Under the pieces are notes generated by a model. The model did no database searches, was not told where the DNA came from, and saw only the letters and a program-made list of their open reading frames with translations. Shown one piece after another: positions 40,651-50,338 of a stretch of 64,000 nt of DNA. Origin of the DNA: an uncultured Ignavibacteria bacterium (GTDB lineage Bacteria; Zixibacteria; MSB-5A5; WJJR01; JAJRUJ01). The stretch spans positions 1,273-65,272 of the forward strand of contig CAYWVO010000015.1 of assembly GCA_964461835.1 (NCBI GenBank), in the 5' to 3' direction. Each line of letters starts with the position of its first letter. Within the stretch, counting starts at the first letter, position 1. The position numbers and the translations under genes were made by a program.

Positions 40651-41223
40651 CTATTGATTGGACAGGTCTTCCCAGCGGACAATGCGCCAGAGACCATCCT
40701 TGGCGGAACGCCGGAAATAAAAGAGGGCATCACCATTGGCCTCAATCGACTCGAAATTGTAGTCGCCGTCCAGATCGCGCACTTCCAGCCGAAAGGCCAT
40801 ACGGCGCACCTCGCGCAGGTAGCTCAGCGAGGAATCGGTATACGCGCCGGTGGAATCCCAGGTGGGCAGACGAATATCGTCGAACACCTCAAACATCCGT
40901 CGCGTGCGAGCGAGATCACCGGAGGGCCCGTCCCGCGGCACCAGTACCTGCTCGATCCCCTCGATCAACTCGGGGTCGAAATAGGAGAAGACGAAATCAG
41001 GATCGAGCAGATTTTCGTACACATCAATGTCCCGGTTCTCATAGGCGTAACGGAAGTTGCTGAGCACAGCGTTGATCGACGTCTGGCGCAAAATCGGCAG
41101 GACGTCCGCGCCGCCGATCTCCGGCGGCGAAAACGGATTGGTACAAGACAGTACCAGGAACAATCCGCTTGGCACTGCCATCAATACCGCATATCGCCAC
41201 CAATATCTCATCGATATCGCCAT
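40651..41223 (-). CDS. Lipoprotein, NTF2-like fold (paralog 2)
   Basis: Lipobox VLSC followed by TNPF; NFRYAY..D...Y..LL..DF.F; ends WRIVRWED. Confidence 0.7.
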   Translation of the reverse strand: MAISMRYWWRYAVLMAVPSGLFLVLSCTNPFSPPEIGGADVLPILRQTSINAVLSNFRYAYENRDIDVYENLLDPDFVFSYFDPELIEGIEQVLVPRDGPSGDLARTRRMFEVFDDIRLPTWDSTGAYTDSSLSYLREVRRMAFRLEVRDLDGDYNFESIEANGDALFYFRRSAKDGLWRIVRWEDLSNQ

Positions 41224-41810
41224 TTCAAATCCGCCCAGGAGAATTGATCGCCCGTGAGGTGACGGTCCTCCCAGCGGACAATTTCCCAGCGGGCATCGTC
41301 GCGAATCCGCAGATAAAAAATCGCTTCGCCCGCGTATGTTGTGGTGTCAGTCACCGAATCACCGGTCACCACATCGATTTCATAGGCCCGGTAAAACACG
41401 CCGCTGCTGTCGTCCTCAATATCAGTCTGAGAAACGTCCCACGCAAGCAGCAGGGTATCTACCGACCGGAAGATATTCTCGGTGATCCTGATTTCCTCGT
41501 TGAGCAGTACCGTGGCGACTTCCCCGGGTTGGCCGATATTGAGAAAATCGAACGAGAACTGAAAACTGTCGGCGAAGATCCGGGTATAGTTGCCGATGTT
41601 GCGCTCATTGTAGGCATGAAACAAATTCTCCACCGCAATGTCCGGTGCAAACGGTTCTGTATAGGTACCGCCGGTCGTAATTGGTGGCTCCGATGAGCGC
41701 GTGGAAAATGGGTCTTTGGTGCATCCGAACAGAATCAACAGCAAACTACCAGCGATTAGTAACGCCCGCAAGCGGTGGAACATTGCCCGGTTGTTTTTTC
41801 GCATATTCAT
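41208..41810 (-). CDS. Lipoprotein, NTF2-like fold (paralog 1)
   Basis: Lipobox LFGC followed by TKDPFSTR..EPP; NLFHAY...N..NY...F...F.F; WEIVRWED. Confidence 0.7.
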   Translation of the reverse strand: MNMRKNNRAMFHRLRALLIAGSLLLILFGCTKDPFSTRSSEPPITTGGTYTEPFAPDIAVENLFHAYNERNIGNYTRIFADSFQFSFDFLNIGQPGEVATVLLNEEIRITENIFRSVDTLLLAWDVSQTDIEDDSSGVFYRAYEIDVVTGDSVTDTTTYAGEAIFYLRIRDDARWEIVRWEDRHLTGDQFSWADLKWRYR

Positions 41811-41823
41811 TAATACTTTCCAA

Positions 41824-43701
41824 TTACCAATTTCGCCGATAGGTTATCTGTACCCAGTCAGCGATATCTTTCGGACGCTGGCTCGACCGTTGCAGTCGTC
41901 GCGACCACGATACAAATAGGTCATCCCGTCCACGGGCCGGTTGCCAGCGGATGGTCAATTCCATGACGCGCCGGACAAAGGTCGTACCGGGCACGCGAAT
42001 TGTTTCCTCGTCGACCGTCTGATGATTGAACGATCGTTTCTCCTCATATGAGGCGCCCGGCGTAACCCGCCAACCCCGGCCTAATCCGACGTGCCAGCGG
42101 GCGCCGATAACATGTGACTGCCGGTCCCAGGACACCTGCTGGTTCCATTTCTCCCGCCAGATCAACGGCCCGAAATCTTCCTGGCGGTACGTGTAGCGCA
42201 ACTCATTGGTCAGGCGGGCCAGTGGCGTAAACCGCACCAGTGATTCCGACTCACCCCGACGATACAACGTGCTGCGTTCCGGTTGTGGTTCGCCTTTCTC
42301 TATATTATAGGATAAGTAATTGGCCTGGATCCGGTATGTTTGGTTAATCTCCCAGCCGGGCAGGGGCTGCCAGCGAACCTGCGGTTCCAACAGGTAGATA
42401 TTATTCCGATTATTATTCGCCGACCACTGGCCGGAGAGAAACACTTGCTGCAATCCCCGATAAGTGAAGATAACTCCCGCCCGCCAGGTTTGATTGAACG
42501 TATGGAACCAGGACAGTTCGGTAAGTCGAGTGGCCAAATCGCGATCAGTGAAAAACGCCGAATCCGGCGGTACGAAAAATGAGACAACTTTCCAGAGCAC
42601 TTTGGCGCCGACTGAATCGGCATGGGTTACGCGCAGATAGCCGGAGAGTTGCAGTTCGCCGGTTTTGGCGTCCTGGTCCTTAACGTCCGCGCCGAAGTCA
42701 TCTTCCGCCTTGCTGAAGGCATAGGACGCTTGCACTCCATATGGATACCGCCCCGCAGTTGACAGGCGCAGCCGGTACCCGGCCGACATCTGACGCAGAC
42801 CCGAAGGAAGAAGAGCGATACCATTATTGCTTTGGTTGACAAACTCGTACTCCTCGCGATGCCAGGTATAATGCGTGCGCAGCTCCCAGCCAATCATCTG
42901 CTGCCAGGTGCCGTTCAGGGTAGTGAGAAAATGACCCTGATGATAGTGCTGCTCGGCAATGGTTTTATACTCGTTGGTATTCGGATAGTAGCGGGCCTGC
43001 CGGTAGTGATCGGCCAGATCAACTGCCAGGGTGTCACCCCAGAAAAAACTTCCCTGAGTCAGCCCATGCCAGCGTGTCTCCACTAATGGAACATTCCGCA
43101 GGTCATGAATATCGACGGATCCACTGAGTCGCCAGAGCCGATTGAGAAACTGATTGCTCTCCAGTTGGAGTTCAGTCTCGGAAGTGAAGCCCCGATCATC
43201 AGTCGAGAATTGACCGGCCGCCCGCCCGGCGGACGATACCCCGGCTTGTTGCTGAAACCACGATCCGGCGCCCAAGGTATATCGGGCCTTGACCAGCGCG
43301 TCAGAAAAGACAAAGTGACGATCGGCCAATTCTTCCAAACGATGCCGTCGTTGCCGCGCCGAAAAGCCAATCGACCAGCGGGACGACAGCTGATGGTCGA
43401 AGTACACACGCCCCATGAGAAACCGCTGCCGGCGCTCCAGGTCATCCGCCGCGTCGATTTGTGTTGCCGATAAGCCACCCTGCAACCCCCAGGTGGACCG
43501 TGTCCCGAGCGAGCGACGAAAGATAATACTGTCGGACCACACATAGGTATCATAGTTGTAGGAAAAACCAAAAAGGATCGTGGTTGAATCCGGCGGCAGC
43601 GGTTTAGCGACGGCGGCGGGAATGGTGAGACCGGTCAGGCAGAGAAGTCCAGCGATCACGCCACACGCGAGCGGCAGCAGTGGTAAGATTGACAAAGTCA
43701 T
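41824..43701 (-). CDS. Hypothetical outer-membrane beta-barrel protein
   Basis: Signal-like N-terminus, alternating aromatic/polar beta-strands throughout, C-terminal Y..W. Start uncertain; overlaps the rsmA 3' end. Confidence 0.6.
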   Translation of the reverse strand: MTLSILPLLPLACGVIAGLLCLTGLTIPAAVAKPLPPDSTTILFGFSYNYDTYVWSDSIIFRRSLGTRSTWGLQGGLSATQIDAADDLERRQRFLMGRVYFDHQLSSRWSIGFSARQRRHRLEELADRHFVFSDALVKARYTLGAGSWFQQQAGVSSAGRAAGQFSTDDRGFTSETELQLESNQFLNRLWRLSGSVDIHDLRNVPLVETRWHGLTQGSFFWGDTLAVDLADHYRQARYYPNTNEYKTIAEQHYHQGHFLTTLNGTWQQMIGWELRTHYTWHREEYEFVNQSNNGIALLPSGLRQMSAGYRLRLSTAGRYPYGVQASYAFSKAEDDFGADVKDQDAKTGELQLSGYLRVTHADSVGAKVLWKVVSFFVPPDSAFFTDRDLATRLTELSWFHTFNQTWRAGVIFTYRGLQQVFLSGQWSANNNRNNIYLLEPQVRWQPLPGWEINQTYRIQANYLSYNIEKGEPQPERSTLYRRGESESLVRFTPLARLTNELRYTYRQEDFGPLIWREKWNQQVSWDRQSHVIGARWHVGLGRGWRVTPGASYEEKRSFNHQTVDEETIRVPGTTFVRRVMELTIRWQPARGRDDLFVSWSRRLQRSSQRPKDIADWVQITYRRNW

Positions 43702-44485
43702 ACACCGATAGTTGTTCTGCACGTTGGGTTCGCTCAACACCGGCCTCCCGCAGCACCGTCTCGACTTCCTCGGTTGTCACGTTCGGAATCTCCCGCAAAT
43801 TATTCGCGAGGATTTTGCGCTTATGCGCAAATGCCGCATCGACAATATATTCAAAGAGCGGCGTGGTCTCAATGTCGGCGTACGCTGAGGGGAAATCTAA
43901 TCGAACAACTGCGGAGGTCACTTTGGGGCGCGGATAAAAGGACGACGGCTTGACTTCAAACAAGTACGTCGGCCGGCACAACATCTGCGCGCGGACCGAC
44001 ATCGCCGACCGTCCTGCCTCACCCCCCTCGGCACACAACCGCAACGCGACCTCCCGCTGGAGCATAATCACGGCGTGACGCCAGTGCTCCTGGCTGTGGA
44101 GAATCCAGAAAATGAGTTGATGGGAAATGGCGTACGGCAAATTTCCCGCCAAAATCGCCTGCTCCTCCGGCCAGTATTCCTCCGGCATATTGAGCACGTC
44201 CGCATGCCGGATCATCACGCCACTGCCTTGGGGGAATTTTTTTTTCAACATCCCAACCATCCGTCGATCCTTTTCGACGGCAATAACTTGCGCTCCCCGG
44301 TCAACGATAAACTCAGTCAGAAAGCCCTTGCCTGATCCGATTTCAAATACCAGGTCTCCCTCGCCGCAGTCCAGCGATTCAACGATCAATGACGCAACGA
44401 CCTCATCCACCAGAAAATTCTGGGAAAATCGTCGGCGCGGCCGGAGCTTACCGGATTTGCCTTTCGAACGGCGTTTAGCGGTCAT
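43604..44485 (-). CDS. rsmA: 16S rRNA adenine dimethyltransferase
   Basis: SQNFL, EIGSGKG.LT, GNLPY.IS, MLQREVA.R, F.P.PKV.SAV, AF..KRK.L.NNL, RAEQLS. Confidence 0.95.
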   Translation of the reverse strand: MTAKRRSKGKSGKLRPRRRFSQNFLVDEVVASLIVESLDCGEGDLVFEIGSGKGFLTEFIVDRGAQVIAVEKDRRMVGMLKKKFPQGSGVMIRHADVLNMPEEYWPEEQAILAGNLPYAISHQLIFWILHSQEHWRHAVIMLQREVALRLCAEGGEAGRSAMSVRAQMLCRPTYLFEVKPSSFYPRPKVTSAVVRLDFPSAYADIETTPLFEYIVDAAFAHKRKILANNLREIPNVTTEEVETVLREAGVERTQRAEQLSVYDFVNLTTAAARVWRDRWTSLPDRSHHSRRRR

Positions 44486-45254
44486 CGGGTATCCTGAATA
44501 TCATGCGGGCCGTCTGGGTGGTCACGCGGTCGATTTCCTCCTCGGATTCCCCTTTTAATTCGGCCAATTTGGCGCGCACATATTTCACCAGGGCCGGGTG
44601 GTTTCGTTTGCCGCGATAGGGAACCGGGGTGAGAAACGGACAATCAGTTTCCAGCACAACTTTTTCCAGCGGTATCGCCTCTGCCACGGGAACATCCTGC
44701 GACTTTTTATAGGTCAGCCTGCCCCCAAACGAGATGATAAATCCATAGTCCAGAGTCTGCCATGCCTGTTCAACTGTCCCGGCAAAGCAATGCATCACCC
44801 CGCCGACTTCATGCGCATGATGTTCCACCAGTGTTTGCAGCACATCGGGAAATGCATCTCGATTGTGGATAACAATAGGCAGATGAGCATTCCGTGCGAC
44901 CGCAATCTGGTCAATAAAAGCCCGTTTTTGTTGGTCAGGTGGCGAATAATTTCGGTAATAATCGAGCCCGATCTCCCCAATTGCCAGAACTTTCGGATGT
45001 CCCGCCATCTCCTCCAGCTCCGCAGCGTGGCCGCTCTCCCAGTCTTTGGCATCGTGCGGGTGTACCCCGATTGTGGCATAGATTTGTTCGTAAGACTCGG
45101 CCAACTCCACGGATCGCCGTGACGATTCCAAATCGGTACCGATATTGATAATGGTCTCAACCCCCTCGGCTTGGGCGAGCGCGATGATGCTCTCCCGGTC
45201 TTTGTCGAATTGATCAAAATCCAGATGTGCATGCGTATCGACCATGTGGGTCAT
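44475..45254 (-). CDS. tatD: TatD family deoxyribonuclease
   Basis: DTHAHL, GVHPH, IGEIGLDYY, IHNRDA, GVMHCF, LETDCPFL.P.P.RGKRN.P. Confidence 0.95.
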   Translation of the reverse strand: MTHMVDTHAHLDFDQFDKDRESIIALAQAEGVETIINIGTDLESSRRSVELAESYEQIYATIGVHPHDAKDWESGHAAELEEMAGHPKVLAIGEIGLDYYRNYSPPDQQKRAFIDQIAVARNAHLPIVIHNRDAFPDVLQTLVEHHAHEVGGVMHCFAGTVEQAWQTLDYGFIISFGGRLTYKKSQDVPVAEAIPLEKVVLETDCPFLTPVPYRGKRNHPALVKYVRAKLAELKGESEEEIDRVTTQTARMIFRIPDDR

Positions 45255-45398
45255 CCAGTCAAGATTGCCGTGCAATTTAACATTTTATTTATCATCAACT
45301 TCCCCGCAATTGACATATAACGATAATGATGTATTATTGAGAAGTGAGAAGTTCATAGTACCGGCCTGAATGTCAAACCTCTCGCGCGTGGAGTTTTC

Positions 45399-47039
45399 AT
45401 GAGAACCATATCGTGGCTGACTCTGATCAGTCTCTTTTGTGTCGTGTCTCTCGCACGGGGTCAAGAGGTTACCACCGTTTCCCCATCTCAGCATGCAGTG
45501 GATATACCGCGAAACAGTATTGTTGTCAGTACTTTCTCGGATTCGTTGGAGGAGTCCACCATCACAGAACTGAGTTTTTCGATCCTCAGCGAAAACCAGG
45601 GCTTGTTATCCGGCACGCGAACATACACAGCAGAGCCGAGCGAGGCGGTATTCCTGCCGGCCACTGAATTCCTTGCCGGAGAACAGGTTTCGGTCGTCCT
45701 CACCGATCAGATTCTTACGAACCAGGGGAGTGCCCTGGACCCGTTTCAATGGAGATTTACCACGGCCACCGACAGTACGCGGGGCACGTTTGGGGTGCCC
45801 TATTTCTATACCGACATCCAGTATCCGCGCTTTATCACCAGTGCCGATCTCAACGGCGATGGCTGGCCGGACCTGGTGACCGCCAACAACGGCTCGGATA
45901 TTCTGTCGGTGTTTCTCAACGACGGCGGCGGGAGGTTTGCCACTCCCCTTGATTACTCGCTCGGCGGCGCGCCCTGGTCTATCGCGGCTGGAGATTTCGA
46001 TAGGGATGGCGATCTGGACCTGGCGGTGGCAATTTATCTTTCGGGTACGGTGACAATTTTGCGGAATACCGGGAACGGTATTTTTTCCATAGGGGACGTC
46101 TATCCCGTGGGTGAACGGCCGGAGCATGTCTGTGTGGCCGATTTCAACAATGATGCCGCACTCGACATTGGCGTGGTCAACAATTATGGCAACACGCTTT
46201 CACTGTTTTTCAATGATGGCTTCGGGACATTTCCGGTTACCGAAACCTATCTCGCCGGTGATAGACCCAATGCCGTTGTCCCTCTCGATACCGAGAACGA
46301 CGGCGATGTAGATTTCGCCGTACTCAATGGTGACGACGGTGTACGATTCTATGAGAATCTCGGCGACGGCTCACTGGATATCGATACATCGTACACTGTC
46401 GGCTCATCGCCCTATACGGCCGTTGCGGGGGATGTCAACGGCGATAACCTGATTGATCTGGTGGTGGCCAATACGTTCGATCACACGATTTCTCTGCTGA
46501 TGAATACCGGTGGCGTGTTTGCCGTAACACCGCAACAGTGGATTGGGATTACGCCAACCGGCATCGATTGCGGGGATTTTGACGGGGATGGAGACCTCGA
46601 TCTGGTGGTGATCTGCAATGGCGAGGGAGAAATTGTACTGTTATGGAACGACGGCGCGGGCGGGTTCAACAGTGAAACGCGAATTACCGCCGGAGCAAAT
46701 CCCTGGGCGGTTTGTGCTGCCGATGTCGACCGGGACCAAGACCTGGACCTCGCCACCACGTATAATCTCGCGGCTGGGAAGGTGTCCATCTATTTGAATG
46801 CCTGTGACTGCACCAATCACTGCGATCTCGATCTGAATTACGTCCTCGACCCCGTAGACGCGGTGATCCTGGTCAATTTCGTTTACCGTTCGTGGGATTC
46901 GCGCGTGATTAATCCGGTCTGTCCGGCGGAAAATGGTGACTGGAACTGTGACGGTTCAGTCGATCCGCTGGATCTTTCGTACGCCGTCGGTTTTATCTTC
47001 AAGGGGTGGGAAACCGGGCCATGCGATCCGTGCGAGTGA
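45399..47039 (+). CDS. Secreted FG-GAP/VCBS repeat protein with N-terminal Ig-like domain and Cys-flanked double dockerin-like tail
   Basis: Seven DxxxDGxxD(L/F) repeats; tail CDCTNHCDLDLN...DAVILVNFVY...GDWNCDGSVDPLDL...PCDPC. Confidence 0.85.
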   Translation: MRTISWLTLISLFCVVSLARGQEVTTVSPSQHAVDIPRNSIVVSTFSDSLEESTITELSFSILSENQGLLSGTRTYTAEPSEAVFLPATEFLAGEQVSVVLTDQILTNQGSALDPFQWRFTTATDSTRGTFGVPYFYTDIQYPRFITSADLNGDGWPDLVTANNGSDILSVFLNDGGGRFATPLDYSLGGAPWSIAAGDFDRDGDLDLAVAIYLSGTVTILRNTGNGIFSIGDVYPVGERPEHVCVADFNNDAALDIGVVNNYGNTLSLFFNDGFGTFPVTETYLAGDRPNAVVPLDTENDGDVDFAVLNGDDGVRFYENLGDGSLDIDTSYTVGSSPYTAVAGDVNGDNLIDLVVANTFDHTISLLMNTGGVFAVTPQQWIGITPTGIDCGDFDGDGDLDLVVICNGEGEIVLLWNDGAGGFNSETRITAGANPWAVCAADVDRDQDLDLATTYNLAAGKVSIYLNACDCTNHCDLDLNYVLDPVDAVILVNFVYRSWDSRVINPVCPAENGDWNCDGSVDPLDLSYAVGFIFKGWETGPCDPCE

Positions 47040-47073
47040 CCAGCCTAGCTGGTTGAGTTCTTTCACGATTCAC

Positions 47074-47102
47074 TTGCACTCCTTGGCAGTAAGCAATACC
47101 CT
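47074..47102 (+). promoter_or_regulatory. Sigma-70-type promoter immediately upstream of panC (near-leaderless)
   Basis: TTGCAC-N17-TACCCT, ending 9 nt before the GTG start; no SD visible. Confidence 0.4.
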
Positions 47103-47111
47103 TCCTGCGTT

Positions 47112-47954
47112 GTGAGAGTAATAAAGTCACCAAAATCAATGCTATTGCTGGCCCGACAGTGGCGGGCAGAGGGATCATCAATCGCTTTAGTACCGACGAT
47201 GGGTGCACTGCACAACGGTCATCTGGCCCTGATTAAACGAGCCCGCAAGGCAGCGCACAAATTGGTGGTCTCAATTTTTGTGAATCCAACGCAATTCGGT
47301 CCACGGGAGGATTTCTCGCGGTATCCCCGGACCTTTGCCGCTGATAAGAATAAATGCCTTGCCGGTGAGGTCGACCTGATCTTTTGCCCCTCAGCGGACT
47401 CGCTCTACCCGCCGGAGTTTGATACCTGGGTGGATTCCGATCGCTTGGCCTCCCGCTGGGAAGGCGCGGCTCGCCCGACCCATTTTCGCGGTGTCCTCAC
47501 GATCGTACTGAAGCTGTTTAACCTTATCTTACCGGACGCTGCGGTCTTTGGGCAAAAGGACTACCAGCAATGCGTGATGATCAAGCGTATGGCGCAGGAT
47601 TTTCATTTCCCGGTGAAAATCATCATGCACCCAACGGTGCGGGAACCGGATGGTTTGGCGCTTTCTTCGCGAAACGCCTACTTAACCCCGGGCCAACGAC
47701 GAAACGCCGATGTTATGTATCGGACACTCCGCTGGGCCCAGAAGCAGATTGAGAAAGGCCGGGATCGCCCGACCGCCCTCGCGCGGCATATGACCGATGT
47801 CATCGAACTGGATTCCGGCTTCAAAGTAGACTATATCGCTTTCGCTGACCCCCAAACCTTGAAACAACAAACGCGGATCAGCCCTCCAACTGTCGTATTA
47901 CTGGCTGTCCGGATGGGCCGCACCCGATTTATTGATAACGTGCTGGTTAAGTAG
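47112..47954 (+). CDS. panC: Pantoate--beta-alanine ligase
   Basis: VPTMGALHNGH, SIFVNPTQF, RPTHFRGV, FGQKDYQQ, REPDGLALSSRN, RFIDN. Confidence 0.97.
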   Translation: MRVIKSPKSMLLLARQWRAEGSSIALVPTMGALHNGHLALIKRARKAAHKLVVSIFVNPTQFGPREDFSRYPRTFAADKNKCLAGEVDLIFCPSADSLYPPEFDTWVDSDRLASRWEGAARPTHFRGVLTIVLKLFNLILPDAAVFGQKDYQQCVMIKRMAQDFHFPVKIIMHPTVREPDGLALSSRNAYLTPGQRRNADVMYRTLRWAQKQIEKGRDRPTALARHMTDVIELDSGFKVDYIAFADPQTLKQQTRISPPTVVLLAVRMGRTRFIDNVLVK

Positions 47955-47965
47955 AAGAGAGAGCC

Positions 47966-48319
47966 ATGGATCGTACCCTGTGCCACGCCAGAATCAGTCA
48001 CGCCCGCATAACCGCGGTGAATGTGAATGCGGATGATTCGCTCACGATCGATGCGGCATTGCTTGATGCGGCCGGAATTGTTGCATATGAACGAGTCCAC
48101 GTGATCAACAGCGATACCGGAGCTCGGCTGGAAACGTACGCCGTTCCCGGCAAATCCGATTCCGGTCAGCTTTGTTTGAACGGCCCGGCAAGCCGGGTGG
48201 GGGGTGTCGGCGATGTTGTGATCATCAGCGCCTTCGCGCAATTTGGTCCTGAGGAAGCCCGCGGATTTGCACCAAGAGTCATTAAAGTCGACAGTCAAAA
48301 CCACCGGATAAGTGATTAA
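47966..48319 (+). CDS. panD: Aspartate 1-decarboxylase homolog with altered cleavage site (Asp24-Ser25)
   Basis: SLTID..LL.AAGI..YE.V, GARLETY, CLNG, GDVVII; directly after panC. Confidence 0.8.
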   Translation: MDRTLCHARISHARITAVNVNADDSLTIDAALLDAAGIVAYERVHVINSDTGARLETYAVPGKSDSGQLCLNGPASRVGGVGDVVIISAFAQFGPEEARGFAPRVIKVDSQNHRISD

Positions 48320-48320
48320 T

Positions 48321-49055
48321 ATGCAAAACGTTGTCGCCGTAATTCTCGCTGCCGGCAAAGGCAAGCGAATGAAATCAGGTTTGCCCAAAGTCTTGCATAC
48401 CCTGCACGGAAAACCCCTGCTCACGTATGTCCTCGAAACCTGCCGGCAAGCCGACGTAGGCCGCACAATTGTTATCGTCGGCTTCCAGGGCGAGCGGGTC
48501 ATTGAAGTCGCTCAACCGTTTGACGCCGAAATCGTCTGGCAGCGGGAGCAATTGGGTACCGGGCACGCGGTCCAGCAGGCCCAACCCCTGCTACAGAAAC
48601 ACACTGGTGAGGTAGTAGTGATGAACGGTGATGTGCCGTTGATCAGCGCTCCGACAGTGCAGGCCCTGGTTCAGGAACATCGTGTCCGCCGGGCGGCGGC
48701 GACCATTCTCACCGCTGAGATGGAGAATCCTACGGGGTACGGTCGGGTGATCCGGCAAGAGAATGGACTGGTAGCTGAGGTAGTGGAAGAAGTTGACGCC
48801 GACGAGTCCACCCGTCGGATTCGCGAAATAAACTCCGGAATGTTCTGCTTCTCCGCAACGTATCTATTTAAAGCGCTGCAACGCGTGAAAAACGACAATC
48901 AGCAGGGTGAGTATTACCTGCCGGATGTTGTCTCGATTTTACAGCAGGACGGTCATCCAGTTGCGGCGCAGAAGGTTACGGACAGCAAAGAGGTTTTGGG
49001 AGTGAACGATCCCGGTCAGTTGAAACAATTGGCCAATCTGCAAGTAAAAAGATAA
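48321..49055 (+). CDS. GlmU-like UDP-GlcNAc pyrophosphorylase, N-terminal domain only
   Basis: ILAAGKGKRMKS.LPKVLH, QLGTGHAV, GDVPL, PTGYGRV, EINSG, NQQGEYYL.D, GVN. Ends before any hexapeptide acetyltransferase domain. Confidence 0.88.
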   Translation: MQNVVAVILAAGKGKRMKSGLPKVLHTLHGKPLLTYVLETCRQADVGRTIVIVGFQGERVIEVAQPFDAEIVWQREQLGTGHAVQQAQPLLQKHTGEVVVMNGDVPLISAPTVQALVQEHRVRRAAATILTAEMENPTGYGRVIRQENGLVAEVVEEVDADESTRRIREINSGMFCFSATYLFKALQRVKNDNQQGEYYLPDVVSILQQDGHPVAAQKVTDSKEVLGVNDPGQLKQLANLQVKR

Positions 49056-49180
49056 GGAAGTGGGCCAGAGGTGCCGATGACTATTTTGGGCTTGACATGG
49101 CGACGCCTCACCTGATTCTATACCCCCTGCAAGGGGGGAATCGCAGGAGGGTTGGTCTGTTAACGGGCCAACACGACGTT

Positions 49181-49687
49181 ATGAAGAAGTTAGTTGCTCT
49201 TATGCTGTTGGGGATTTTTATCGCCGCGGGTCAGCCGGCACTGGGTCAGGGATCCCCGGATTATGAACGGCCAAAGACCCTGGTGGACAATCCGCTCAAA
49301 CAGACATTTTCCCTACTGGATCCCTCACGGATCAAAATTAATCACTCGTATTCGTTTTCGTATGTCTCCGGGGGATACCAATCGGGGTCGGTCGGGATGT
49401 ATCTGAGTTCGATCCAGTATCAGATTTCACGACCGCTCACATTGCGGGTCGGTCTGGCCTACGCCCACAATCCGTCGGCGCTCTTCGGCGGAAGTAAGCC
49501 GGGACTGGTTAATGATGGTTTCTATCCCAGTTTCCAGCTTACGTATCGACCTTCCTCACGGGTATTTTTGGAGGTCGGTTTCGCGCGCGTACCGTACAGC
49601 CCGTATACCTACCCGTATTCCCCGTACTACGGACGGCCGAGTAACACCTGGTGGGAGGGACCTACCGATTGGTGGCGGACCCGGTAG
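49181..49687 (+). CDS. Hypothetical exported protein
   Basis: Signal peptide MKKLVALMLLGIFIAAGQPALG; LLDPSR..I.HSYSFSY; beta-strand-rich with a Tyr/Pro tail. Confidence 0.65.
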   Translation: MKKLVALMLLGIFIAAGQPALGQGSPDYERPKTLVDNPLKQTFSLLDPSRIKINHSYSFSYVSGGYQSGSVGMYLSSIQYQISRPLTLRVGLAYAHNPSALFGGSKPGLVNDGFYPSFQLTYRPSSRVFLEVGFARVPYSPYTYPYSPYYGRPSNTWWEGPTDWWRTR

Positions 49688-49764
49688 GATAGTCAGGACC
49701 AGTATTTCTTCCACAACACACATGGAAACACAGGAACCGTCGGTAACGACGGAACGGTGTTTGT

Positions 49765-50295
49765 ATGGCCTCAACGAAGAGACCCAAGAAACGCACCAAC
49801 ACCCGGTCCAAACGCTCATCCCGGATGCGCTGGAAATCGCGTATCCTGGACGGCGGGATTTTTCTGACCACGATTGCCTTGGGCGCCTTTATCTTTTCCG
49901 TTGCCGGACGATTGTCTCACAGCCACGCCGAGCGGAATGACCGCCCGCCCCGGGTGTTGCGTACACAGGTGCTCAACGGCTGTGGGGAATCGGGTTTAGC
50001 CGCCACCTTCGGGGAACAGTTGTCCCAAATCGCGGTCAAGGAGTTCCGTTTCGACGTCATTGATGCCGATAATTTTCATCATTTCGATGTCGACGAATCA
50101 TTTATTATGGTATATACTCTCTCATTGGAAGAAGCCATGCGGCTGGCCACAGCATTCGGTATGTCGGAAAAGGACGTGCGAATGATGGGGGATACGGAGA
50201 ATCCCTGGGGATTAGACATCAGTATTGTTCTGGGCCGCACGGCGCGACCGGTGCTGTCGACATCGCCGATCTCCGACGGCGAGTCTGAGGGGTAA
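49765..50295 (+). CDS. LytR C-terminal domain membrane protein
   Basis: Basic N-terminus, TM, then QVLNGCGESGLA...NF.HF...DISIVLG; typical neighbour of rsfS. Confidence 0.85.
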   Translation: MASTKRPKKRTNTRSKRSSRMRWKSRILDGGIFLTTIALGAFIFSVAGRLSHSHAERNDRPPRVLRTQVLNGCGESGLAATFGEQLSQIAVKEFRFDVIDADNFHHFDVDESFIMVYTLSLEEAMRLATAFGMSEKDVRMMGDTENPWGLDISIVLGRTARPVLSTSPISDGESEG

Positions 50296-50338
50296 CATGA
50301 ACAGGTGACAGCGCATCCCGAAAAAGGAGGCTCCAACA

